Source of the DNA: the human T2T-CHM13v2.0 reference genome, Homo sapiens
Length of the DNA stretch: 64,000 bases
Direction: 5' to 3' (one strand)
Assembly (NCBI RefSeq): GCF_009914755.1
Contig: NC_060933.1
Made by a program: the position numbers and the translations under genes. The notes below the pieces were generated by a model. It had not been told where the DNA came from. It saw only the letters and a list, made by a program, of their open reading frames with translations, and searched no databases. Positions 13,101 to 25,400 of the stretch are shown one piece after another. Each line of letters begins with the position of its first letter. Position 1 is the first letter of the stretch.

Positions 13101-13492
13101 CAGGGCTGCAACAAATAATTTTTTGTTAGAAATGTCTCAAATATTAAATAGGACTTAAACATTATCCATTATTTATCCTAAACTCACAGTGGAATGATCA
13201 TGGCTCACTGCAGTTTACACCCCCTGAACCCAAAGGATACTCCTGCCTCAGCCTCCAGAGTAACTGGGACTACGGGCATGAGCCACCATGCCCAGCTAAT
13301 TATTATTTTTTTTTGTAGAGACAGGAGTCTCACCCTGTTGCCCAGGCTTGTCTCCAACTCCTGAGCTCCAGCAATTCTCCTGTTTCAGCCTCACAAAGTG
13401 CTGGGGTTACAAACATGAGCCACCATGCCCAGCCTGAAATTCAAATTTAACTGGACATCCTGTATTTTAATTTGCTAAATCTGACAACCCTA
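13101..13492. mobile_element. MER53 hAT MITE (left arm largely deleted, interrupted by AluJ)
   Basis: Right arm AAATTCAAATTTAACTGGACATCCTGTATTTTAATTTGCTAAATCTGACAACCCTA. Perfect 8-bp hAT TSD GACCTTGA at 13093-13100 and 13493-13500. Confidence 0.85.
13187..13434 (-). mobile_element. AluJ lacking its 3' end and tail
   Basis: J-type motifs (GATCATGGCTCACTGCAG; TGTTGCCCAGGCT...CTCCTGAGCTC). The sequence stops at CAGTGG with no poly(T). Confidence 0.88.
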
Positions 13493-13882
13493 GACCTTGA
13501 GTCAGAGGCACCCAGTCAGCTAAGCTGTATTGGGCTTTCCCGACCCACAGAAGCTGCAAGATAACAAATGCTTGTTGTTGTGCTCAATGACTACGTTGTG
13601 GAGTAATTTGGAATGCAGCAACTGATAACTAGTACAAAGAAGTACTTGTAACAGAAGCAACAGAGCAATGCAACGCTAAAAAGGAACAAGTGCTGGTTGC
13701 AGGACCAGAGAACCAAAGACTGGCCCAAACCATTTTTTCAATGTTCTGGACTTCGTTGAAAACATACCCATTCACAGGGCATTCTATGTATCTGATGAGG
13801 TACGAGCTGTAGTCAAGAATTCCTGGGTACCCAGTTAGTGGGAAATAAAAAACATCCTTGAGCCCAGAGGTGGTATAGAAAG

Positions 13883-14045
13883 CAGTGTTTCTCAACTTTT
13901 AATATTCCCTTGAGTCTCCTTTCAATCTTGCCAAATGCGAGGTCTGATTTAGCAGGTCTGGGTGGGGCCTGAGTTTCTGCTTTGTTAATAAGCTCCCAGG
14001 TGATGCTGATGCTGCTGGTTCTCAGAGGACACTTTCAGGAGCAAG
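13883..14045. mobile_element. MER5A-type hAT MITE
   Basis: CAGTGTTTCTCAAC...GGTCTGGGTGGGGCCTGAG...AAGCTCCCAGGTGATGCTGATGCTGCTGGT. Confidence 0.8.
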
Positions 14046-15090
14046 ATTTCAAGACATTTTTCCTTGCTAAGGGCCCAACTGGGCAATAAGCCAGATTGGT
14101 GGAAGGTGGGGCCCTTTAGAGGATGTGGATGTGGATTCACTGTTCATCCTCTCATGGACTTAGAGCATCTTAGGCTCTTGGCTGGAAGGAAAGATAACAA
14201 TCTATGGAAGAGAATCTATTTCTACCATCTCCTTTGTTTTTCCCTTTTCATATATTCAAAAGTGATTCTGTAGAGGTTACAGATCAGAATTTCTGGGGAT
14301 GCAAGTGCAGTGTGAAAAGAAAGCAGAATTTTAACTCACTCCTTTGTTAATTTTTTTTGCCACAAACTTTAACTGGTTTGAAATTTTAATAGCATTAAAA
14401 ACGGACACTGACATTTTCTTTTTTAATATTTATAATTACAAAGCAGTAGTAGATGTTCCTTGTAAAAAAAAAAAATGAAGCAAAAATGTGAAAACAAATA
14501 CACCATATCCTCATAAACAGAGATTAATACTACTAACATTTTAGTGTATATGCTACCAGATCTTAATGATCACCACTTTAGTGTCAATTAATTTTCACTA
14601 CATCAAATACCCAATTCACATTCAAATTTCCCATGGTTGCCCCAAAGATAAAATTAACATAGCTTAAGAAAATTATTTTGAGAAATCCTTCAAAGATAAC
14701 TCAATTCAGTCACTGACATTTGAAGTCCTATATGTGACTGATATTTCAGAGTTTGTCTTGGAGAAGGTGGTAGGGAAGACTTTGGGAGAGGTCAGTGAGA
14801 AGAGACGGAAAACAGCCCACAACAGAAGACACATATATGTTGTCCTCTGCTGCTGGCCTGGCAATCAAACATTTGAAAAATTGCTTCCTGATTGGTGAGT
14901 TAAATGTGAAACTAGGTAGCAAGTGTGAGTGGCAAGTATCCAAAAAGAGAAAGCGATTCACCCAAATGCTTTTAACTGTGAGGGGGGAAGACAGTTAGCC
15001 AGTTACAATACTGTAACAGTCACATGGCATAACTTTTGGTCAAAGATGAAGCAAGGCCTAAATATCCTCTATATCCTAAATTCTGCTGCA

Positions 15091-15104
15091 GTTGCCATGG
15101 TGAC
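15091..15104. promoter_or_regulatory. Consensus RFX X-box motif (candidate site)
   Basis: GTTGCCATGGTGAC, whose reverse complement GTCACCATGGCAAC fits the X-box consensus. Lies in non-repeat DNA. Binding is not shown. Confidence 0.45.
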
Positions 15105-15609
15105 AGTGTCCTGCATTGGGCCTATGAAAGATGACAGTGAGATGAAGAGTCCGTGTTTTTATTTCTTGGAAAATAATGAAGGGTGCTGCACAAGGGGAGC
15201 CTGCCTCCAGTCCTGCCATAGGCAGAAATCACGTCAAGATGTCTGGGATTTTGAAAAGGGAAAGTTACTCTCTTCCTGAAAAATAAACCAGGTACAGATT
15301 CAAGTTTTCATTCAGGGAGAACGAAGAGAGATTTCATAACGATTAGAAAGCTAGATATTTCTGGAAGTGTTACATATAAGCCTCAGCTACATGATCTAAC
15401 CAGCCCCCGTTACATGCCTCATCTTGAGAAGGCACTCAATACACATGTGCCTTCCCTGTCTCCCTCTGTGCACTTTTTTTTACCCCTGGATCTCAGCAAG
15501 AATGTGGGAAGTAGCACAAGAAGGTGAGCCCATAGCTCTGGAGACACTGAGGACCCCTTTCTATACCAGATCCCTCATCTCAGGCCTTAATTGCAGCAGT
15601 GAATGTAGC

Positions 15610-15820
15610 ACAGATTACCAACTTCATTTGCCTCAGTCACGTACTAATGATGTGACCTTGGGGAGGTGACTCGCTTCTTTTTGCGTCAGTTTCCTCATTT
15701 ATTAAATGGGAATATCAATGACTACCATACAGTGTAGTTTCGGTGAAGATGAAATCAGATGCTCCACAAAAACATCTACCATAGTTCCTGGAATATAGTA
15801 GGTATTCAAAAATAATAGTT
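15610..15820 (+). mobile_element. MIR
   Basis: TGTGACCTTGGGGAGGTGACT...TCAGTTTCCTCATT...CCTGGAATATAGTAGG. Confidence 0.7.
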
Positions 15821-15826
15821 TCCTCT

Positions 15827-16153
<327 letters not shown>

Positions 16154-16472
16154 TCAGTGGACTCAACCAGCTGTTCTTGGCCCTTACTGGCTGACATGAT
16201 CCCTTCAGTTTTCCAAGGTTATTCTCCTCAGAAGAGTTAGTAGAGGATGGGATGCAGTTTCCTCAGCTCCCTGCTAAGAACATTCCCCCAAGATAACTCC
16301 CACCCCATGGGCAGTTCACCAAGTCTCCTCCCTCCCTCAATGCTTTTGAGACCTACTACGCCCAAGGCAGATCTGCAATAAAGGGACAGGCAACACAGAA
16401 ATAAGAGGTGTTCGCTTGTCTCCAGCACGCAATGCTGAGTCCCTGGTCTTCATCGTTTCCCAGAGCTCTGTT

Positions 16473-17022
16473 GATGGTGATTGTATTTTGGGTCCCCCGT
16501 TCTTTATCACTTGCTGCATCTCTACATTTGCTCCCATCGTAGATGAAGCATCTATCCCTGCCCCTTGACTTTGGACTTGGACATGTGACTAGCTCTGGTC
16601 AAGGGCATGGGACCAGAAGTGGCAATGTACCAGTTTTGAGCCCAGGTCATAAGAGACCTCGCACATTTTTCCATGTGTCATCTGGTGCCTTTGCTATTGC
16701 CATGAGAACATGCCTGTGATAGCCCACTGGTCCCAGGAGGAAGATGGAACAATGGAGCAGAACTGCCCCTATCATGGCAGCCTGAGGCAGAACTGCGCCA
16801 TCTCTCCCCTAGACCTACCCTGAGAAGGAGAGCTGGCCAGCTGAGCCCTGCCAAGATGAGCTGACCCCTCACCAAGCCACAGGCATGAGAGCCAGCCCAG
16901 CATAGAGCCACCCAGCCACCCAGTCAAGGCCAGGCTAGGTCCACTCACCCTGGCCGAAAATAAAAGCTTGTTGCTTTAGGTCATTGAGTTTGTCATACAA
17001 CAGTAATTAGCCAATCAATACA
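16473..17022 (+). mobile_element. MLT1H-like solo LTR
   Basis: CATGTGACTAGCTCTGG, GCCATGAGAACATGCC, AATAAAAGCTTGTTGCTTTAGG, end AATACA. Confidence 0.65.
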
Positions 17023-17112
17023 CTGCCTCACACAAGAATAATTGCTTTGGGTCATTTCCTTATAATAGAAGAAAAGAACATTTGGTATTAAATATTTGAT
17101 AATAAGCGGTAG

Positions 17113-17541
<429 letters not shown>

Positions 17542-18353
17542 TGTCAAGATTTCTTATATTTATTATAACCTGAGTAATTCTTGGACTCTGTAGCAGGGAA
17601 GGTACAAAAGTTATGGCCCTTTCATAATGAAAAATAAGCATGTTAGTGTCTATTTAAGGCTACAATTTTTTTCAGACAAATAAAGTTAACTTGGATGTTG
17701 AAAGAGTAAGACGCATATTATCAAATCATAAGGCAGCTTTATTTTTCCCACTGCCTGATCAAACCTGCTCTATGGCTACTTCTTTCTCTGCCCTAGAAAT
17801 AATCTCCAGCAGGTATCAGGGCTTATCTGCTCCCCTTGGGTAATAAAACAATCTCTGTCACTTTAATCTCCCAATCTATCTCATTTCAGTATTTAGATAT
17901 CCAGTCCAACGTAATAATCAAATGCTAAACTTCACTTGTAAATTAAGCTTCTTCCTTTTCCAATCTAGGCCTGCTTCAGGCAGAAAGCTTATGGGGCAGG
18001 AGCTCACGGTCAGCTTCTTGATTTCCCTCACTTACATTCTGTGCAAACCCTCCACCTACCAAGCTGCTTCTAACCCTTTGGGGGTGGGAAGGGTGAAGGT
18101 GGGAAGAGGATGGGGAGAAGTAAAGAGAGGAAAATTCTGATGTCACTGACTGATCTTGTGGCAGCATTTTCTGGCTGTGGGAATTACCCTCACATAGGGT
18201 GCTTTGTTGGTTTGGGGATAATCATTCACTGGACTCCCCTACCCATAGGTCTCTGTCAGGATGACATCATGTTTTCACTGCCAGTCACCTCCACACTACC
18301 TCTCACTCTGGGGTTCCCACTGCTTAATGGGAGCTTCCACTCTACTAACACAG

Positions 18354-18716
18354 TGATATGGTTTGGCTCTGTGTCCCTACCCAAATCTCATTTGTAACTC
18401 CCATAATTCCCACATGTTGTGGGAGGGACCTGGTGGGGGATCATTGAATCATGGAGGTGGGTCTTTCCTATGCTGTTCTTGTGATAGTGAATGGGTCTCA
18501 TGAGATCTGACAGTTTTAAAAATGGGAGTTTCCCACACAAGCTCTCTTTTTGCCTGCTGCCATCCATGTAAGACGTGACTTGCTCCTCCTTGCCTTCTGC
18601 CATGATTGTGAGGTCTTCCCAGTCACAAGGAACTGAGTCCAATTACACCTCTTCCCTTTGTAAATTGCCCAGTCTTGGGTATGTTTTTATCAGCAGCATG
18701 AAAACAGACTAATTCA
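18354..18716 (+). mobile_element. THE1B solo LTR
   Basis: TGATATGGTTTGGCTCTGTGTCCC ... CAGCAGCATGAAAACAGACTAATTCA. Perfect TSD CACAG at 18349-18353 and 18717-18721. Confidence 0.92.
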
Positions 18717-19082
18717 CACAGACTGTATGAGCTATCATGAATCAACACTATCCCCCACCAGACCAAGGTCTCCAATGGTCTCTTGAAACCCAGGCCACTA
18801 GGAAAGAGAGGAACACCCCCAGTGCTCCTCCATGAGGGGTGGGAATGGGATCCAACACAAAGTTCTCTCTCCAAAGAAATTCTTGACCTCATCTTCAACC
18901 TCTTTTGTGGCATCTCCAACTTCTTGTAGATGGGAGTCAGTGGTCTCTATATCAGTACCTAAATGTCAGCTTAGGAGGCTGAGAGAGCACCTGGCTTTGG
19001 AATGTGAATGTGTTGACACCAATTGTTGTGTGCCTTCAGCCAACTCTAAGACAGAATCCCTTTTGTAATAATCCTGTCTCAG

Positions 19083-19111
<29 letters not shown>
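19083..19111. repeat. (CA)n microsatellite
   Basis: About 14 uninterrupted CA units. Confidence 0.95.
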
Positions 19112-19113
<2 letters not shown>

Positions 19114-20200
19114 CACAACCTTTCTTCACCTTCCAAGGAGGGTCAGCAGAAAGGAAAAGCAGGGAAGACCACCAACCTGCAGTTTAATGAAATATGTATG
19201 AGGAAGCTAGTAATCACGCGTGATGGTTTCCCCACCACCTCACCCCTACTCTTCTCTCAGTTCTAATCTTTCACAACTGCATGAATTTGACATTGCTGGT
19301 CCTATACATGATGTCAGAGCAATGCCTTCTGAAAGGAGGAGGGCCTTGTGCACACAACAAGCCAACCGTGCAGAACAGAAGAGGAGAAAAGAAGGTGACA
19401 GGACAGTTTTGCTGTCACACCTGACATCAGGACACCCAGACAGAGCAGAACTCTCATCTGCTGTCCTCTCCAATCAACCATGTTCTCAGCTGTTACGTTG
19501 TTAATTCAAATTCAGAGAAATGAGCATTTCAAGACAAGCATGGTTTCTGGAGATGTTACAAAGAGTTGTGAAAGTTGCATGGCTAGAGATCCCAAATAAC
19601 CATTCCAGATGGCAGGCACTATCAAGATGTCTTGGACAATCACACACATGGAAAACATTTCACTCCCAGGAATATCTTTAAAATAATAGTTTTCAATGAT
19701 TCATTAACAGTTAAAAGCATATGGTTCTTTCTTAGGGAATTTTGGATTGTTTAGTCTTTTTTCTTCTTGAAGAAGCACAGATAACATCAATTGAGATGAA
19801 ATATCTTGATGGTGGCCACCAGTGGCATGTGGCCTGTCTGCTGGCCATGGCTATCATGTTGCTTTGCTAGTCCTCCAGGTTTCTGACCATTCAGAAGGGT
19901 AGCCCTGAATTAAATTGAAGAAAAGGGAAGGAGGCGAAGAGAATGTGAAAAATAGGTAAGAAAGAACAGAGGAACCATGGTGAACCAGAGACTTCATCTC
20001 TCCTTATTCATTTTGATGTTACTTCTTTTCAAATAAAGAGAACCAGCAAATGGGACCAGGGAAGCAAAGAGAGGCATATTACTTCTCTTAACTCCATCTG
20101 GGCCAAGGCATTCAGAGAAAGAAAAATGTGAGACACTAAGGTAGAGAGAACTGAAGCAAGAAATAAGGAAACTAAATTTTGTAAACAGAAAACAAATACC

Positions 20201-20980
<780 letters not shown>

Positions 20981-20987
20981 AATTTTA

Positions 20988-21312
20988 CAGTCTTCCCTTG
21001 GTATCCATGGGGGATTGTTCCAGGACCCCAGTGGATACCAAAATCCTCAGATGCTTATGTCCCTAGATATCAAATGGCATTGTATTTGCATATAACCTAG
21101 GTACATCCTCCTGTATACTTTCAATTATCTCTAGATTATTTATAATACTTAATGCAACATAAATGCTTTGTAATATAGTTGTTATATTGTATTTTAAAAT
21201 TTTTATTATTTATTGTTGTATTGTTATTTCTACTGTGTGTTCTTAAATATTTTTGACCTGCAGTTGGTTGAATCCACAGATGAGGAATCTGCAGGATATA
21301 GAGGGCTGAATG
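20988..21312 (+). mobile_element. MER2 (TcMar-Tigger MITE)
   Basis: TA|CAGTCTTCCCTTGGTATCCATGGGGGATTG ... GGTTGAATCCACAGATG...GGATATAGAGGGCTGAATG (terminal inverted repeats). Confidence 0.9.
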
Positions 21313-21699
21313 AAATATATAAAATTGTTATGAAAATTGGGATTCTAGAAAAGATAAAAAGCTGCCTTTCACTGAGAAGCTATGCCTAGACACCAGATAC
21401 CACGTATATTCCCTGAAGGCCATTAGCCCTGAAGCCAGAGCTGCGTGCTCATGTACGCTAGCAAGGCCATGAGACTTGCAAGGCAGGAGGGCCTCCCACT
21501 CTAAGGCACTGAGAAGTGGGGAAGGGTCTTTCCTGTTCTTTCTGTGCTGCTTGCCTGAGTACCAAAGCAAATGGAAAGCTTAAAGAAAGAAAGATTTCAT
21601 CTGCTCAAAATTCCTCTTTGTATCATTTATTACACAGTCCATGAGACTAGGCTTTCATTTATGATAACACAGTGCTGCAGTGTTTAGGGATACCGAGAT

Positions 21700-22190
21700 G
21701 TCATAGAAGGAGTGATGGTCTGAGATACAGAAGAGGTGGGTCCTCTCACAACTCTGCCACTAAACTTGTTGAATCTCAGACAATTTCAATTCAAATCAAT
21801 AAACTCTTATTGAGCATTTATTATATGTCAGGCACAGAACTCAACACTAACATACAAAAATGAATATGATACTCTCCCTACACTGAAATACTCCAAGCCT
21901 AGCCAGGGAGATAAGCAAACAAACAAATGGGTATAAAGCAATATGGCGCACATGATGGTAGAGATACAAATACAATTCTATGGGATCACAGAGGTGGGAA
22001 TGCCCTATTTTCTGTTAAGGTGGGTAGGGTTTGGGCATTAGATGTCAGAGACGATTTAAAAAGAAAGAGAATTCTTGAGTTGGACCTTAAAAAACAAGGC
22101 AGGAAAAGATATGCCAGACAATCACTTCCCTCTATGGCCTCAGTTTCCTCAGCTTTAAAATGAAGGCTCAACCTGATACCCTCTAGTATC
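21700..22190. mobile_element. MIR (+) interrupted by an L2 fragment (-, ~21785-22114)
   Basis: MIR halves CTCTGCCACTAAAC... and ...CACTTCCCTCTATGGCCTCAGTTTCCTC flank a reverse L2 3' end (TTATTGAGCATTTATTATATGTCAGGCAC). Confidence 0.65.
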
Positions 22191-23818
22191 TGCATTGCTC
22201 AGGGCAGAATGACTGCCAGCCACACCACCAAAGGCTTCAACATCAGCCGTGTTGCTCATGCAGTCCTGAACTCCTGCTCAGAGCCAGCATACGAGAGGAT
22301 TATCAGGTTGCTGGATGTGTTCCCCTACATTGGAAAAATCAGAAAATTAGATTTAAGCAACCATTTGTGTTAAGAAAATGTATCCAAACTTGGAAACAGA
22401 GCTAAGAGGATGGCTACAAACTCTTTAATGCCATTCTGAAACACTGAAGCATTGTTCAACTGGCCCAGGAGGGGTTAAATCTCTACGAGAATGTGCCTCT
22501 GTTGACATTTCTGTTTACTATTGATTAGAGCCCAGACACTGTGATGTTATATGCTAAATTGTAGATTTTAGTCTGGTGAAAATGCAAATTACTTGTATTC
22601 AGTAGAAAAAAAAATGCCCTCAAAGGTTATAGTTGCATGGCCCTGTAGGATAGTATCCAGATTTCAGTGTGCCCTCCCTAAAGATCTGTGAAAACCCCAG
22701 TTTCTTAAACGTTCCTTGCAGTTTTATCAACTTACTTGTTCCCTTAGTAATGAATTAATACATTTTGATATTTGTTCATTCTATATTTGAATGAGTCCTG
22801 ATTTTAGATTTTTGAAAATTATCTTTTCACATTTAGGGAAAGAAGAGAATGTCTTCATTTTCTAACTGGGAATCAATTGCAGAAGTCTTGCTCATTCCAA
22901 CACTTAACTGCAATATTACTGCTTTTTTGTGGACTCATTTTAGCTGCCTGCCTTTATTTCTTCCTGAACTAGGAGAGCATTTGGGTTCATTTTTATGACA
23001 CCTACTTTGTGACAGTGATTGAAGTGAAGGAATCAGCAGTCTTCACACATAGATTCACACACAGACTCACACACACACCTACATGCACACACATGCACTC
23101 AGACACACAGGCTGGTTTGCTGATTTGGTTCTTTCCTGGATGTGTCTGAATGAATGAGTCATGCACCCACTTTGCCACTCCTCATGATTATTACTGGATC
23201 TTACTAAAGGAAAGGCAAATTCCTGAGACCGCTTTATTCCCGAGATCATCCTCACACTTGGAGGCTATAACATTTTGACAAACGACCTTCAGACTGCTTT
23301 TTAGCAATAACACCATTAACAATACGGTGTTCTGTGTTTTATAAAAACATTCCTGTGTGAGAGGCATTGTGCTTCTAATTTTATTGAAGAGGAAAATGAG
23401 GTCCAGGTAGATCCCTCGCCTAAGATCAACTGCATAGAAAACAAGGAACCAAAAATTAAGCCCAGATCTAACTCAGGGACTAGTGCTCATGGTGCTACCA
23501 AACTGCCTCAAAGATTCAGCTGAACAAACAAATGTTACTTTATTTTTCATCCTGCTAACTTAAATGTAAAGTTTCATTAGAGAACATTGTTTATAAGCCA
23601 TTGCATATTTTCAACTTATTATGTGAAATTCCATATGAATCTACTGAAATGATCATTGACTTCATGGATTAGTTTATTTTGTCCATATGCATACATTTAC
23701 CCCTGGGGACTTGGAGGAGCAATGTGTTAATTAAGTCATTGATCATTTTTCAGATATGAGAAGCTGAATGACTCTCCCTATGAGTCATTACCACAATCAA
23801 GCTACTCTGGTAACGCCC

Positions 23819-23842
23819 ACACACACACACACACACACACAC
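23819..23842. repeat. (CA)n microsatellite
   Basis: About 12 CA units. Confidence 0.95.
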
Positions 23843-24339
23843 TATGGCATATGAAGGAAGCTATTGGGTGGGAATGGTTGGAGTCTGATCTCATGATAGA
23901 GAAATTATACGTCCACTGATACTGTCTCAGTATCCAGGAGGAGGTAAAGTTATTGAGAGTGGAACACATTGGTGGAACAATGCTTTTGTCATTCCCATCA
24001 TAAATTTTTTTTTAATCACTTAACAGCACCTTTCTGCTCAGGCTGCAGTGATACACACTACAAAAAGAGAGCAATAAGACCAAAGGCACACCTTTTATGA
24101 GATTTTAACATAATTTAGAAGGCATGAATGAGAAAAAAAGGAGAGAATACAAAGAAAGACCGCAGAGAAAATATAGACAAAAGAAAGTTGAAGTAAAACC
24201 AACTAATGGTCTTAGGTTTTACACTAAAAATTCTTAGAAAATAGCAGATGGGAGAGAAGCAGTTTGCTTCCTGCTTTGACACAGTGGAGTTGTTCATTCT
24301 GGGAAAACTTTGTAAACCAGGTAGAAAATTAAAAATTAT

Positions 24340-25400
24340 CAATTTCCCAAATATGTATCAAGCTACTACTTGTGCTAGGATCTCTGTTAAAAAAAAACTG
24401 ATGTATAATTTTGAATATATATTTTTGAATGTGTATTTCTGAATTTGAATACATATATTTTAAAGATAGAAGATGGATAGATAGATGATTGATAGATGAT
24501 GGATAGACAGATGGCCCTTGACTCATGGCAATTATAGCCTAGTGGTAGAGATGAATATGAATTAAGTCATCACAGAAATACTTATAAAATCACAATTAAG
24601 TGAAGTGCTGTGAAGGAGGGGCAGGTGAGTAAGACCATGTAATGGGCAGGGAGGAATGACCTGGTCTAGGGGTCAAAAAGCTGCAGTGAGGACATGGTGA
24701 TCGACCTGGAACCTAAAGGGTACACAGGATTGGAGCAAAGATGAGGAAAGAGGTTACAGGCAGAGACAAGAGCATGTGCACAGGACAAGAGGGAACAGGG
24801 TTGGTGCAAGGGCCTGAAAGAAAGCAGCCTGGCTGCGGATCAGGGAGAAAGGAGCAGTGGGGGTGAGAGGAAGCCAGAGCAGGGGGAGGTATACTGTTGT
24901 TAAAAGGACTTGTTGCTGAATTTTAAAGTGATAGGGAGCCACTGAAGTGTTTTACCAGGGGAAAGGGGGACATGTCCTAAGATTGGCATTTTGATGCATA
25001 TGCTAATAGAAGCTTACAGGCTTTCTAAAAAAGATTGGCATTTTGATGCATATGCTAATTCCAGCTGTAGCACAAGAATCAGACTGAAGGTAAAAATGTA
25101 AGAGAGACCATTAGTAGGCTGCCGCAGAGGTCCACACAAGAGAGGAGGGTGGCTTGGACTAGGACAGTGGCAATGAAACAAAGAAATGTCTGTGAACAGT
25201 ATCTAGAGGAGGAGAAGTAAGTCTTTCCATTAGGCACTGGAGAGTAACTCAAAGGATTTGGTCTTGTTCTACCGAGTGGATGTTGGTTCCATTCACCAAG
25301 GGGAAAAACACTGAAAAGAGGGATAAGGAAAATGGGAGATGACGGTAGTAATTATGAGTTCAATCGTAGTTATCTTGAGTTAGGTGCTTAAAGAGAGAAT
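24340..25400 (-). mobile_element. L2 fragment with an embedded (GATA)n-like tract (~24465-24512)
   Basis: Reverse L2 motifs (AAGTGCTGTGAAGG, GGGAGCCACTGAAGTGTTTTA, GGTGGCTTGGACTAGG, GGTTCCATTCACC). Confidence 0.7.

Larger units (their letters stand above)
11621..13636 (+). mobile_element. MLT1F-like solo LTR, split into three parts (11621-11931, 13037-13100, 13493-13636)
   Basis: 5' end TATGGTAGGCAG (from TGTGGTAGGCAG) and 3' end GCAACTGATAACTAGTACA. Flanks AAGGA/AAGAA are a candidate TSD. Confidence 0.75.

Noticed and set aside
13101-13492. MER53 as a possible miR-1302-type hairpin precursor
   Set aside because: The left arm is mostly deleted and an Alu interrupts the right arm, so the palindrome is broken.
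19213-19224. Perfect 12-bp palindrome ATCACGCGTGAT
   Set aside because: Roughly 16 such palindromes are expected by chance in 64 kb, and there is no supporting context.
24979-25059. Repeat-spacer-repeat that superficially resembles a CRISPR unit
   Set aside because: Only two repeats, in primate DNA inside an L2, with no cas genes. It is better explained as a local duplication.
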